Counted from the first letter of the stretch, positions 12,880-25,504 are shown. The stretch is DNA of 64,000 nucleotides from Rhina ancylostomus (GCA_030265395.1 JARFYF010000046.1:18896524-18960523); one strand, 5' to 3'. The notes: generated from the sequence alone by a model not told the origin. Numbers and translations are program-made.

Positions 12880-12980
12880 ACCAACTGTGTGGCACCCCAT
12901 CCCACAGCTTTGGAGGCAGAGATTAGGCCTTCCGTCCAGCGGGAATTCTTTGCATAGAATTCTTTTGGAGTTGCTGCTCC
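12880..12980 (-). CDS. HIP1R: HIP1R exon 27: GAATPKEFYAKNSRWTEGLISASKAVGWGATQLV
   Basis: 101 nt, tacag/gtaagt; highly conserved I/LWEQ motif. Confidence 0.97.
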
Positions 12981-13224
12981 CTGTAAATGACAATTACTTG
13001 ATTGTTAACTAAATCCACAAAATTTCACTTTCATGCATGTCCACAGATACAACTGGCCTTGTACAATATTAAAACTGTCAGAGGAGTTTGCATTTTTCCT
13101 GAATTAGCTTCAGATTATTTTGCACTCTTAATCTCTCCAAAGCAACAGGTGCCAGGAGTGGGTGTTCATCCTCTTGGGCCTGCATCTGGGTGGAGAAGGC
13201 CCAATGGAATAGAGACAAGTGTCT

Positions 13225-13340
13225 GCAGATGCTGGAATCTGGAACAACACACAAGATAATAGAGGAACTCAGCGGGTCAGGCAGCATCTACAGAGGGAAA
13301 TAGGCAGTTGACATTTAGGGTCAAGACCCTCCATTCTAGG
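13225..13340 (-). mobile_element. Penelope-like element terminal-repeat fragment
   Basis: gatgctggaatctgg...gaactcagcgggtcaggcagcatct...ggtcaagaccct; a family repeated many times in this window. Confidence 0.55.
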
Positions 13341-13537
13341 TGCCTATATAAGTTTTGCCTAAAAAGTTGCAGGCAGGAACCAATAGATCATAATTTTAAA
13401 AAGCACGAAGTAGATGAACATCCACTATCAATGTAATAGTGACTCACTCACCCATTTCAGTATGATCAAGCCTAAGAAAGCTGAAGGGGTAATGTGATGC
13501 TAGTCTTTCCTTCTATTGGATCATGAAGTATGCTTAC

Positions 13538-13600
13538 CCTTCCACTTTCCACAATCTCCTTCTGCAAGCTCGTTGAGGCCATCACCAATTGCCTTATTGC
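13538..13600 (-). CDS. HIP1R: HIP1R exon 26: AIRQLVMASTSLQKEIVESGR
   Basis: 63 nt, ttcag/gtaagc. Confidence 0.96.
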
Positions 13601-13932
13601 CTGAAGTGAGGGAAAATCCAAGTTTAAAAGTCAGGAATATAGGCATATTCTGAGAAACTGTAGATTAAAAGGCAGCAAGTTTGACAAAACCTCAGTGTAT
13701 GCTGCAGCAGAACATCTGTTTAAATGAAAAAAACATCTCCTCCTCAACTCATCTTCAGAAACAACCATTTTGACACAGCTCTACACCAGAATGTACTGAA
13801 CTCCTGTTTTACATGCAGTAATTACAAGGTGTTAAAGCAAAGAATTTGTTCAGGGAATCACTGTCAAAACGATCACTACCACAGGATTTACCATCTGATA
13901 ACTGCCTGAAAATCACAGTGTATGGTTCTTAC

Positions 13933-13963
13933 CTTCATGAGACTGGTGCAAGAGTTTAAAATT
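13933..13963 (-). CDS. HIP1R: HIP1R exon 25 (31 nt): (R)ILNSCTSLMK
   Basis: ttgcag/gtaag; restores the frame between exons 24 and 26. Confidence 0.93.
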
Positions 13964-14072
13964 CTGCAACAAAGAGAGAATACAAAAACCTCAGTGTACA
14001 GTGGCAAAAATAAATATCAAAGCAGTTTTTAAATAAACAGGGTTCTGTGCATAGTAGTAGGAGTTCACAAAC

Positions 14073-14131
14073 CTTTCATTAACTTCAAGTTTAATCCCAG
14101 AGCTTCCTTGTCTGGCTTGCTTCATCATTTC
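14073..14131 (-). CDS. HIP1R: HIP1R exon 24: EMMKQARQGSSGIKLEVNER
   Basis: 59 nt, ttgcag/gtttgt. Confidence 0.95.
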
Positions 14132-14912
14132 CTGCAATTTAAAACAACATTGAAGGCTCTCAGCTCTTTGCCTGCAGTTAAGAATGTACTGGACAGCTCC
14201 ACACTCCAGAAAGCAATACAAACTAAGATTTTCCAACACAGTGTGGGCTAACACCTTCTTGCTGGTATGTTTTAAACCACAAAGAACGCCAGGCATATTG
14301 GCCATGAAATAGAACAAATGAAGATCTCCATCTGAATTTTGTTACTTTTGCATACAATCTAGGTATATTTTAAAAACACCTTTAACACAAAAAACCTGTA
14401 TTTTTAAATGACCATTTCAGACCTCACTACATTCATGGGCCACCATCAGCCTATACTAAAATTCACCATGAGCAACATAACACATGATCAACTAGCTCTC
14501 AACAAGTAAAATATAGCAAAGCCCCCTCACATAATAACTACTTAAGAACAAAGCCATTAAGTATAGTGTTCAATTGCTTCTGATCATTAAGATGGGTTTA
14601 TCAAGCTTGACAAAAGTGCACAGGAACACTGAAATTGATATCACCAATCACAACATGGTATTCGTTGTTTCAGGATGTTCAGAGAAATTACTTGCTCTCT
14701 CTGCCCGGGATTAGACCAAGCTGGAAGGAACAAACTGCCCAGAAATATGTGTAAAGACATTTCAAGAGTTATTATTCTGCAATAAAACTGATTATATTCT
14801 TACTATCAGAAGAAAATGTAAATCACTTTAGGCATTACAATTTTGCATGAAATCAGGGAAACGTTTGATAACCATGATTATCTGCTTGCTATGAAGGTAG
14901 ATTCTATCCAAC

Positions 14913-15023
14913 CTCAATCCTCTTTACTGCATCTTCGATTGCTGCAGATGTTGCTGCCATCTCTTTATCCACCATGTCACCAAGCTCCTCCTGTCTGACA
15001 TCAATGCTCTTGGGCCTCAATTC
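14913..15023 (-). CDS. HIP1R: HIP1R exon 23: ELRPKSIDVRQEELGDMVDKEMAATSAAIEDAVKRIE
   Basis: 111 nt, ctcag/gttgga. Confidence 0.96.
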
Positions 15024-15590
15024 CTGAGGGGAAAAAAAATTAAAACTTCTAGTTATTTAAAAAAAACATTAAGAATATCTACTGAAGATTGCTTGGAATA
15101 TAAATCCTTAGTACAATATGAATTTGTTTTCTCATAAGAGTTACCATTCTGCAATAAAAATTACATTTATATGAATATTGCTGTTTTATCCAAGAGGATA
15201 CACATCAAAATCATTGACATGTATCTGCTTGGATAAAACAGCAATACTTCCAGGGCTCTCGGGGTTCAGTTACCCAGGCACTTTCAGACTGTTGTAACCT
15301 AGGTCTCATTGTAGGAAAGTGCTGTCATGACATGGAGTCAGATTCTGATCGGATTCAAACACTGCAAAGCAAGAAATTTTCCCCAGATTTATGTGGAAGT
15401 TCCACAGCCTAAACTGATGGGATGCAGTGACAAATCAGGTTTTTAAAGAACAGAAACAGTTTACTGGAGATTTAGCATAAATTTCAAGAAGAAATATTAA
15501 TTTCTTCACAAGATCCAGTTGCTATTGAACCTGTTACCTTGCAAACTAAGAGAATGCAAAAGCTTCTAACTGCTCCACAGTCACTTCTTT

Positions 15591-15593
<3 letters not shown>

Positions 15594-15656
<63 letters not shown>
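15594..15656. repeat. (GA)n microsatellite
   Basis: About 26 GA units followed by GGGA variants. Confidence 0.95.
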
Positions 15657-16202
15657 AAAAACAAGGTGTAAAGGATTACAGAACTATTGAGGGCAGATGA
15701 AGTTAAACTACAGATCAATCAAGATGCAATTAAATGAGGCTAGAGGCTTGAGGCTTGAGTCTTGGGGTTGCTCCTAGTGCTAGCTTGCCTATGGGCCTCC
15801 CTGACCATTGGAACAGTCACAGTACCAGACTACCTGCTGCCATCTGCACTGCAATTACAGGTTTCACAGTAATAGCCTAAAAACCCAGCACTGCCTGCTC
15901 ATGGGGTCAGAGAGATCCATTTCCAGAATGTTGAAAATGGAACTCCTTGATACATGTCAATGATTTCCCATTTAAAGCAGAGTTAACAACTTCATAGCAA
16001 CTGGATATTCACCTTGCAAAGAAATTAATATTCCTTCTTGGAAGTTTATGCTAAATCCCAAATGCAGTGAATTGAATTTTGCAGTTTTTCACGTGGAAAG
16101 TTATCAGATCCTTCTTGGAAGTTCACATACATCCCAACTTGGGCTTTCCCAAGGTCACTTAAGAATATGACTGGTCAGTTGAAAGTCCTGGATTGATCAT
16201 AC

Positions 16203-16339
16203 CTTTCCAAGATCAAGAATGCTCTGAATTACATTCCTCACATCAGCAGGGTCTGCACGGGCAACTAACTGCCTATCCTTCAATTCACTCAAATAGCGTA
16301 GGCTCTCTTTCCCACATTCTCTGCAGCTGTCTGTCAGTC
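16203..16339 (-). CDS. HIP1R: HIP1R exon 22: (R)LTDSCRECGKESLRYLSELKDRQLVARADPADVRNVIQSILDLGK
   Basis: 137 nt, cacag/gtatga. Confidence 0.94.
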
Positions 16340-16542
16340 CTGTGGGGATGGAAAAAAAGTTAAATTCATTTTTATAAAATGATTTTCCACATTGTTTTCA
16401 ACAGGCTTCAATGTTCCCCAAGGAAGGCTATTTGTGGTGATTACTTTGGAACAATTTTCCCACAGTGACTGCATTCTGTATGCTTTGGGTCTAGGAAGCT
16501 GATGTCTAACTATTGGATCTGTGCTAACTTTAGCAATACTCA

Positions 16543-16800
16543 AGATGCTGGAAGAACTCAGCAGGTCAGGCAGCATCCGTGGAGCGAAATAGACAGTTGA
16601 CATTTCAGATTAAGACCCTTCATCTGGACCCGAAATGTCAACTNNNNNNNNNNNNNNNNNNNNNNNNNNNNNNNNNNNNNNNNNNNNNNNNNNNNNNNNN
16701 NNNNNNNNNNNNNNNNNNNNNNNNNNNNNNNNNNNNNNNNNNNCGCTCCACAGATGCTGCCTGACCCACTGAGTTCCACCAGCATCTGCAGTCTCTTGTG
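16543..16800. mobile_element. Two Penelope-like terminal fragments in inverted orientation around an N gap
   Basis: gatgctggaagaactcagcaggtcaggcagcatccgtggagcg (16544) is near reverse-complementary to cgctccacagatgctgcctgacccactgagttccaccagcatc (16744). Confidence 0.6.
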
Positions 16801-17021
16801 ACTCCAGTGCTAACTTTAAAGCAAGTGTATTAACTAAACTACAGAGAAACAGCTGCAGCACCCACAGAGCCTCATCAAGAGAGACTCATAGAAATCACAA
16901 AAATAATTCTTAAGTACTTCATCCAAAGTCTCAACTCTGCAGCTGAACAAAAACACTAAGACACCTGCTGAGTGTGAAGCTACGTATTTTTCCAGCGACT
17001 CCATATGTACTCAATACTCAC

Positions 17022-17129
17022 TGTCAGCGTGATCAGTGGGCGCCAGATGTGAAGTGGCACTGCCATTTACTATGGTGTCGGCAGCCAAATGTGCGAATCT
17101 GGTCAATGCCTGCAAGAGCCTGCTGGCAT
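17022..17129 (-). CDS. HIP1R: HIP1R exon 21: DASRLLQALTRFAHLAADTIVNGSATSHLAPTDHAD
   Basis: 108 nt, cacag/gtgagt. Confidence 0.96.
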
Positions 17130-17453
17130 CTGTGGGAACCAATGAAAAAATAAGAGTAGCAAACAGAAGGGGATAATTCAGTGAACACTCATTGTACAGA
17201 GCATCAGCAGATCAAGGGAGAAATACACACTTTATAAAATGATTTCCACAATGCCTCAAAATGCTTCAATATATTGGAAATTTGAGGTGAGCCTCCTCGA
17301 CAGCTACAACTTGGTCTTTAACAATAATTTTTCTTAAACCCAATTAAGGTATTTTTGATATTAATACAAGTCAGGACTTCATAAGCTCAGGCTCCTAAAT
17401 CACTGAGTTTGGCGCCAAGGCATTCTAATCACGATTTTTGAGTTAACTGATTT

Positions 17454-19775
17454 GAACGTACGAACGAGGAGCAGAGGAAGCCACTCAGCCCTGCAATTCC
17501 CTTAAGATCATGATCAACTCTGCATTCCCATCTACCCTTTCACCACCTTGCCTATCACATCGCTACCTACTTTACCCATCACTGCCTTAAAAAATGTTCA
17601 AAAACTCTGCTTCCACTGTCCTCTGAGGAAGTTTCCCAAAGACTTACGACCTTCAAGAAAAAATTGTGTCTCATCTGTGTCCCACTTAATGGAGACTCCT
17701 AATTCTAGATTCTCCTGCAAAAGGAATTATCATCTGCACAGCCAACCTCAGATTCCTATATTTCAATCATCTCGTACTCCTAAGCTTGTCCAACCTTCTC
17801 TCACAAGACAACCTGCCCATTTCAGGTATTAGTCTAATAATCATTTCCTGAACTGATCCACTGCATTAACACTCTTCCCTAAATAATTCTGCATTACTCC
17901 AGATGTGGTCTTGACAATCCTCTGTATAAATGAAGCATAAACTCCACTTGCATTCAATTCACTTGGCAATGATAGCCTTTTGCTAGCCTTCCTAATTACT
18001 TGTAGTTACCTGCATTTGCAAATTGTGCGCTGGGACACTCCAATCTCTCTGCATCTCAAAGTTTTGTAAACTCATCATTTCAACAACATGCTTCTTATTT
18101 TTCCTGCCAAAATTCACATTTTTCCACACAAAGTTCCATTTGACAGCTCTTTGCCTATCAATATTCTTTTGTAGTTTCTTGCATCATCTTCACAACTTAC
18201 TCTGCTATCTTTCATCATCTGAAAATGTAGCAATTGTACCTCTGGTGCCTTTCATACAAGGATCAAGGACCCAGCGCAGATCCGTGACATTCTTTATATC
18301 TTGCCACCAGAAAAAGACCCGTTATCCCATGTTAGCTAGCCAAAGTCAGATCTATGGCAATGTGTTAACTCCCACACTTTCAGCTCTTATTCACTGCAAT
18401 AAACTTTGATGCAGTACCTAAACAGAGGCCTTTTGCAAATCTAATCATTGTACATCGCAGGTTTCTCTTTATCTACTGCAAGTTACTTTGTCATGCTGAC
18501 CAATTTATTGGAGTTTGATTTCCTTTCCACAAAAACATTTTGACTTTGCCCATTTAACTTAAGGTTTTCTAAGTGCCCTGCCACAACGTCTTTAGTAACA
18601 GCTTCTAATATCTTTCTTATAAATGACATTAAGCTAACTGGTCTACAGATTCCTTCTGTCTTCCTGGGACTCTTTTTGAATATAGGAGATAACATTTGCT
18701 ATTTTTTTCCCAATATAATGGAATTTTCCTCAAATCTACAAAATTCTGAAAAATTAAACTCAACATATCAACCATCTCACTGGTCACTTTCTCCCAGATC
18801 CAGAGATGAACTCCATCAGGTCAGGAACTTGCAAGTTCCAACCATTTGCTTAGTACTACTGCCCAGCGAGAGTAATCTGGAATTCCTCCACCCTTCCCCA
18901 CCCTCTTATAATTCAAGACTGTTTCTGGGATGTTACTTGTCTCCTTCATAATGCAGACTGAACAAAACATCTGTTTAATTCAACTGCCATCTCCATGTTT
19001 TCCATTATTAATTCTCAGAATCATTTTCTACAACACCAACAGTCACTTTAAATTTTTTTCTGTGGATATTTTATCTTTCTGGCTGGTTAATTTTGTCTCT
19101 AAGTTTTCCTTCTTTATTAATCTTTTAATCTTTCTTTGATGTATTTTCTTGCATTCTATTTAATGTTTTGACCTGTGATCTGTCTTTGCACAAATATACT
19201 GTATGTTTTTTCTTTAAGTTTGATCCTATCTTTAACTTTTTTATTTAACCACAGATGGTGGATCCAATATTCTTTCTTGTTGGAATGTCTCTATTCTGTA
19301 CATTCTGAAAGATCCCCTTAGCTGTGTCTTTATCTAGCTCTGATTTCATGCCCTTGTTGTTTCTCTTGTATAAAGTTTAAAATGCTGGCCTGTGACCTAT
19401 TTTTCTCTCCCTCATGATATCATAGCATTATTGTTGCAAACTTTTATTGATGAAGTAATGAATTAACCCCATATCTTTGCACAGTACAATGTCTAGTATG
19501 TCTTGCTCCCTGGTTATCTCCAGAGCGTGCTGTTCTAGGAAATTATCCAAAAGCCACCATGAACTCCTCACCTTGGCTATTCTACCCATCTGACTTTTCC
19601 AGTCTACAGATTAAAATCCTCCAATTGTTACCAAACCTTCCAGACAAGCTCCCATTATTTTTTCCTTTACACTCCACCCTACCACGTGGTTACTCTCAGG
19701 TGCCTTGTACAACACATTCATAAGCAACTTCTTGCCTTTATTATTTCACATCTGCACCCTAACTGTTTCTACATC
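17454..19775 (-). mobile_element. Degraded CR1 LINE (endonuclease/RT remnants and 3' tail)
   Basis: Minus-strand peptide PIFKK...RPVSLMSFIRKILEAV resembles CR1 RT; 3' tail gaacgtacgaacgaggagcagaggaagccactcagccc at 17454. Confidence 0.75.
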
Positions 19776-20285
19776 ATGGTGAACTGTGGGATCCTTACAA
19801 CAGGTCCCAGTAACCATGGAGAAAGGTTATTGGACCCAAGTCCAATAACCCTATGCTAGAATGTGCACATTCATCATCTGAAGACGATATTAAGCTTGGC
19901 CATGACATTCTCAGTGTTCATGGTCATGCAATCTGTAACCTGATGTGACAACTTGAGTAAGAAACCATTGCAGGATAAGCATCTTCTGAATCTTCACATA
20001 GCAAAATGCAATGGGGTAGGATAGTGTGTAATGTCTACCAACCTTTCATACTATTTTGTTTAAGGTCAAGCAGACAGAATAGTAACAGTGAGCACCTGGA
20101 AACGGGCACGTATCCAGACTCTCAGCCAATCGGAAAATTCCAGAAAAGTGAAGGAAGAAACTATTTACGAGAAAGTACTTCACCATAACAGCAAATGTAA
20201 ATTTGGCTTCTGGAATCCTCACTTGCAAAGCAATTTAAATGTTGTCTGTACAGAATGTGGCCATGTGCATTGAGACAGACTGTAC

Positions 20286-20372
20286 CTGCCATGTTCTTTA
20301 GGTACTGAGAGTGTCCTTGTTGCATCAAGTTGACCGATTCCAAGGCTGCCTCTGCCCTGTTGATTAGGTAAT
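20286..20372 (-). CDS. HIP1R: HIP1R exon 20: DYLINRAEAALESVNLMQQGHSQYLKNMA
   Basis: 87 nt, cgtag/gtacag. Confidence 0.94.
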
Positions 20373-20936
20373 CTACGAGAGATGGAAAGGTCAGTTCTTC
20401 CCTTTAATTGGTGCAATGCAAACAAGACACATCCTGGGGCATTCCCACCATTATTCAATAAGCCTGCACAAAGCTGTCACAAGGTCCTGCAGGGCACTCA
20501 AATGCAGGTTCAAAGCTCTATTTACAACTGTTCTCCCTCCCCCAGTTGATCATAAACTCACAGAACAAACATTCCCAGGGGAACAGGACACAGCTGTTTC
20601 ACTGAACTTTGTGGATGTCTAACTGTGAACTAGAGACTAAGTTTCCTTCAATAACAGGTGTGCTAAAGCACTCAGTTGTTATTTGGGTAACAAGCTGCCT
20701 ATTAGAATATGGCGCAGTAACTTGACAGAGGATGAATTACATTGTACCATGGTGACAGCACCACAACACCACCTCTTGATAGGATTCTTGTTATTAAGCC
20801 ATAATTTGTAAAATATTTCCTGAACAATTTTCATCACAAGCTGCTTCAGAAATAACATCATGTTGTATTCTTACATGCAGTTATTCTCCTCAAAGTCCCA
20901 CAGTGTCAATGTTTAAACCCAAGGGCACATTCCTAC

Positions 20937-21084
20937 CTGGCGAGCTGATGCATCGAATGTGCAGTGGATCATCAAGCTTTGCGACAGCATCTTGAATGAT
21001 GCTCTCAGCTTCCTTCACTGTCCCCTGGACCATGTGGAACTGTTCGTCTAGAAGTTTCTGCTGCAGCAGCTGCTCTCGGTTTGC
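20937..21084 (-). CDS. HIP1R: HIP1R exon 19: ANREQLLQQKLLDEQFHMVQGTVKEAESIIQDAVAKLDDPLHIRCISSP
   Basis: 148 nt, ttcag/gtagga. Confidence 0.96.
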
Positions 21085-21469
21085 CTGAAATGCAAATCAA
21101 AGGACAGCACACAGCTGGCTCATTTTCAGCAATAACTGGAGGAAAGAAAAGCAAATGCAACAACTTCCCTGTCCTCTGCCTCAGCATCTCCACTAGTCCC
21201 ATTCATCTCAGTAGCTCTCCTAATCTCTCACTTTATCACCACACCCTCCATATCACTGTTCACCATTTCCACAAAGTTGCTTTGCATTTAGTTCCTTCAC
21301 CTCCTATGTTCTCTCTACAATGCTGCTCAACAGTGACACATCTGACACATGTCTGCTCTTCCCTCAGGTACTTACATTTCCAGTCACAGTTGGTGCTACA
21401 ATGTTGGCAGGCATTGCAAAGCAAGATACAACAAATAGCAATGATAAAATTAAAGAGAATTCAGTAACA

Positions 21470-21715
21470 TTGGTTGAGGGATAAATACTGGCTAGGACTG
21501 GTCTTTCTTGAATAATTCCAGGGGGTATAATGTTTATCAGAGTGGGAAGATGGTGCCTCAGTCTAAAGTTTCACCTGAGAGATGACACCTCAGATAATGC
21601 AGCACTCTCTCAGTCCCACACTGGCTTCAGGCTGGAACTTGCACTCCAGAGGGACGATTGAACACATAGCTATTGATTCTGTGATGAAGCTGCAATCACA
21701 GAGTGATAGCTGAAA
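21470..21715 (-). mobile_element. DeuSINE (SacSINE1/AmnSINE-like) fragment
   Basis: ttggttgagggataaatactggctagg...gacacctcagataatgcagcactctctcagt matches the reverse complement of the DeuSINE body as I recall it. Confidence 0.65.
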
Positions 21716-21770
21716 CTTATATAATAAATAAAGACAGCCAAAGCTGGACTGATAATTTAAGGACTCTAAC

Positions 21771-21965
21771 CTTCTCCATAAATTTTCCCTGGAGTTCTTC
21801 CAGCTCCCTCGAGGCTTTGTCCTTCTCAGTGCGCATCAACATCTCCCTCTCCTGAATCATGTTCTTCAGCGAGTATGCTTCAGCCTCCTTCTCAGCCACA
21901 GTCTTCCTCAGATTGTCCTTCTCTGCCTCAAGGCCCTGCAGCCTTGAATTCATCTCAGTGCCTGC
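21771..21965 (-). CDS. HIP1R: HIP1R exon 18: AGTEMNSRLQGLEAEKDNLRKTVAEKEAE...ELQGKFMEK (coiled coil)
   Basis: 195 nt, tgcag/gttaga. Confidence 0.94.
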
Positions 21966-22752
21966 CTGCAACCAAAGCACCCGGTCCTCATTACTACAGT
22001 GCGTCACTGAATGAAATCTCAAGATCAGTTCATACACCCTGAGTGACATAGCACGTTACTGAATGAAATCTCAAGATCTATCCATATCCATTCCAAAAGA
22101 TGGATATTCATTTGTCAGAACTAAGTACAGAATTGGATCAATTTGTCCTTTACATGACAAGAGTAAAATCCCCTTTACCTTGAATCCCATCATTGTGAAT
22201 TGGGCCAGTAAGGGCACTGTGCCCATGCTGGTTCTTTCAAAGAGCTATCCAGCTCCTTGCTCTTTCACCATCGCTCTGAACATTTCTGTTTAATATTATT
22301 TTTGCTAATGTTGCCAGTCATCCAAGTGTGTCGGAGTAGGACTCCTTTGTGCTAATGTTGTCCCATAATGTCTCCAACTAGTGATTAGCAAATATTCATT
22401 ATATGATAGGGATACTGGAGGTTCTGTTACACCATTAAGCAACATGGATCAAGCATATTTCTGCACTGTCATAACCTGGGCCCCTCTTTGTGGAAACAAT
22501 AGCTCTTGGTGCCCCTGAAATGAAGTTGGGGGGGGGTGGAAATAATCCAAGATTGCTGTCCGATGGTTTATGGTGGAATATGTATTCATGTAAATCTAAG
22601 CTTGAGGAGTGCCAAACTAGGGTATTGCCAGCAGCCATGTAACTGTACCTCATCGTAAGTCAGCACCTTACAGATGAAAGACGCAATGGGGAGGAATGGA
22701 AAGGAACGATACAGCCCGTTTATTATCCCACTCCTGCTCCTCTACTCTATAC

Positions 22753-22854
22753 CTGCTCAGAGTTCCGCAGTGAGCCCTGGATGGTGGCCAGCTCTTCCTT
22801 TTTTGCCTCCAGTTCCCTTTTCAGTTGTTCCATTATAAAGGTCTGGTCCTCCAG
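22753..22854 (-). CDS. HIP1R: HIP1R exon 17: LEDQTFIMEQLKRELEAKKEELATIQGSLRNSEQ
   Basis: 102 nt, ttgcag/gtatag. Confidence 0.95.
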
Positions 22855-24169
22855 CTGCAAATGTGAATTTTAAACTTAATTAGACTTCAGAGACCAAACA
22901 GACATAGCAATCCAGGGAGAGTCCATGAAAATAAAACTAGTCCATGACCTGCCAATCAGTACCACTCGATGTTATTGGGGAAGTTACACTACAGTTCCAG
23001 GTTATCTGCAACTTGGAAGCTTGATCCAAAACAATCACAATGAGATGCATCAGGATATTTTATAAATAATATTTAATTATGGGTTACTTCATCTATTTAA
23101 TATTTAACAGAGTTATGTATTTTTTGATTGGATAATTTAATTGCTCTTCATATTGCATCTTAAGAAAAACCATAAGCCATCACTTATATGAAAAATACTA
23201 AACACTGCTGAGACAATCACTGGGGTGACAGAGGCAGCTATAAAATGGAAAAGAGGCATTACTGAACATTTAGAGCATACATCGACCTAGTGTGAAAACC
23301 CGTGCTAATAAATGAATAATTGCATGAACCATCTCCACGAAGTTTATTTCACTCATAAGTCTTCATCACCAGGAAAGTGATGTCTTTGTCACTCCATCCA
23401 ATGACCACAACTAACCTTGGAACTCCACTCATTGTACAAGGCTGCAGTCTCTTCATTAAAGAATCACATCAGTCGCTTCAAAATTGTCTTCACACCTGAC
23501 TCCAAGCCCATGAGTGATTTGCAAGTACCATTAGCAATTTTGTAAATAAAGAACAATTTCTCAGATTTAGTGAATTTTCACCACCTTGAAAACATTTAGA
23601 AATATCTTTCAGGATACAAAAGCCATTATGGAAAAGTTAGGTGTTGCTTCATTTAATACAATTTGGTTAAATGCATCAATGAAATTAGATCTCCACTCAG
23701 ATAGCTTGTGTACAAGAAAGCCAATGAATTCACTTCCAAATGAAATTGAAGAAATTATTTTGCAGCGAATCCCAACTCTAGGGGGCACCCTAACACAAAA
23801 TGAACAGATGTACACTGGTGTACAGGGACCAGGTGACCTACCTGATATTAGAGTTACAGGGAAAAGATATCAAAGAACATTTTCTTAAATTAGCACAATA
23901 TAATGATGTTATATCCACAATATAATTTATATCTATAGTTACACCATTTACAAAGATTTTTCATAAAATGATGAAACTTTAAACCAGCCAAAGGAGATTA
24001 AATGAAATTTTGTGACAATTAGTTTAATTCACAAACTAGTTTAAAAACAGTAACAGTACAGTAAGGTTGAGAGATGTAGCATGCTGCAGAATTTGTTTAC
24101 ATGTATTTAAAGAAATGACAGGCATGGTGTTGTACATTTGAATCCCAAATAATAGCCTATGTGACTGAA

Positions 24170-25310
24170 GTGTAATCCATCCTTCATCTTCCATCTCAAT
24201 CAGCACAGCTTCTGACACAGTGGATCATATTATTCTCCTCAAGCACCATTCCACCATCATCTAGCAGGGTGGAAACACACTCAACTGTTTCCATTCTTTC
24301 CTATCTAGCTGTAGCCAAAGAGTCACCGACAACAGGTATCCTTGCCCTTCACACACCCCTACTGTTGATGTTTCCCAACGATCTAGGCCTTGGCTTGCTC
24401 CTATTTCTCATCTACATTTCCCCAAAGTGCACACTGACTGAATAAATGAAAAGACAAAAAGTCAGAAATCTGAGGAGAGAAAAAAGGTTAATTTTATTAA
24501 GGTCAATACAGAGCTCCACCTCGTCGCAACTTCTTTCAACCCCTCCAGTTACTTAATTGTCGGATTGAGAAGGATTTCCTCCAGGTATTGGGAAAACCAA
24601 ATCCTCTAATCCCATCACAAATTCTGCTCCCTGGTCACGAACATCATCCATCCCCCTGACAGCATCTGGTACTGAACCAGCTTACTCACAATCTTAATGT
24701 ATCTGAAGATTCTTATGGGGTCAGTCCATATATTTTCACCAATATAACATTGCCTGGCCTGGCCAATCCTTAGTTCTTCTGCTGAACACATTTCCATATC
24801 TTTGTTACCTCAAGGCAAGGCTATCCACGGACACCAGGCCAGCCTCCTGTTCTACCCTCGGTAAATCACAGATCACCCAAAACTCTACTCCCCAGGTCCT
24901 AACTCACAATTCGATCAGTGTTCCTCATCTCATTGACCTATGATGTCCTCTGGCTAAATAATACCTCAAAGTCTTATTTTTTGTTTAGAAAGTCTCCCCT
25001 ACTCTCTGGTTCTAGCCTTCTCCAGCCCAACAACAAAGACTTTGCTCTCCTCCATTCAAGCTTGTTGATTATCCTCAGATTGATTTGCTTCACTGCTGGC
25101 AGCTGGGCTTCAGCTACCAAGACCCAAGGCTCTAGAATTCCCTACCTAAACCCTTTGCTCCTTTTTCTTCTACTGAAACCCTACCCCAAGTTTCTGGTCA
25201 TCAGTTTACATTTCCCTGTGTGGTTCATTATCAAACTTTCCTATGTAGGACTGTGGAATGTTACATCCATGTATCTATCATGTTAAAAGCTCAATATAAA
25301 TACATTGTAG
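24170..25310 (+). mobile_element. Degraded L2-clade LINE (RT region to 3' tail)
   Basis: cagcttctgacacagtggatcatattattctcctc resembles the L2 RT motif AFDTVDHxILL; the 3' end resembles an L2 tail. Confidence 0.65.
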
Positions 25311-25504
25311 CTATTTAATTCTCAGCAAACTTAATATTTGATTTGGAAAATTATTCTAAAAGACTTTAGACAGGACAGAATTAATCTCACTGTGTCTAAA
25401 AACATCAGTAGCAGAATATAAAAATGTCTGTGCAGAACACAGCATTTTATTTCAATTTCTTTACAGTTCCCCTGATCAGGGGAAGGATGGATATATTAAG
25501 ACAA

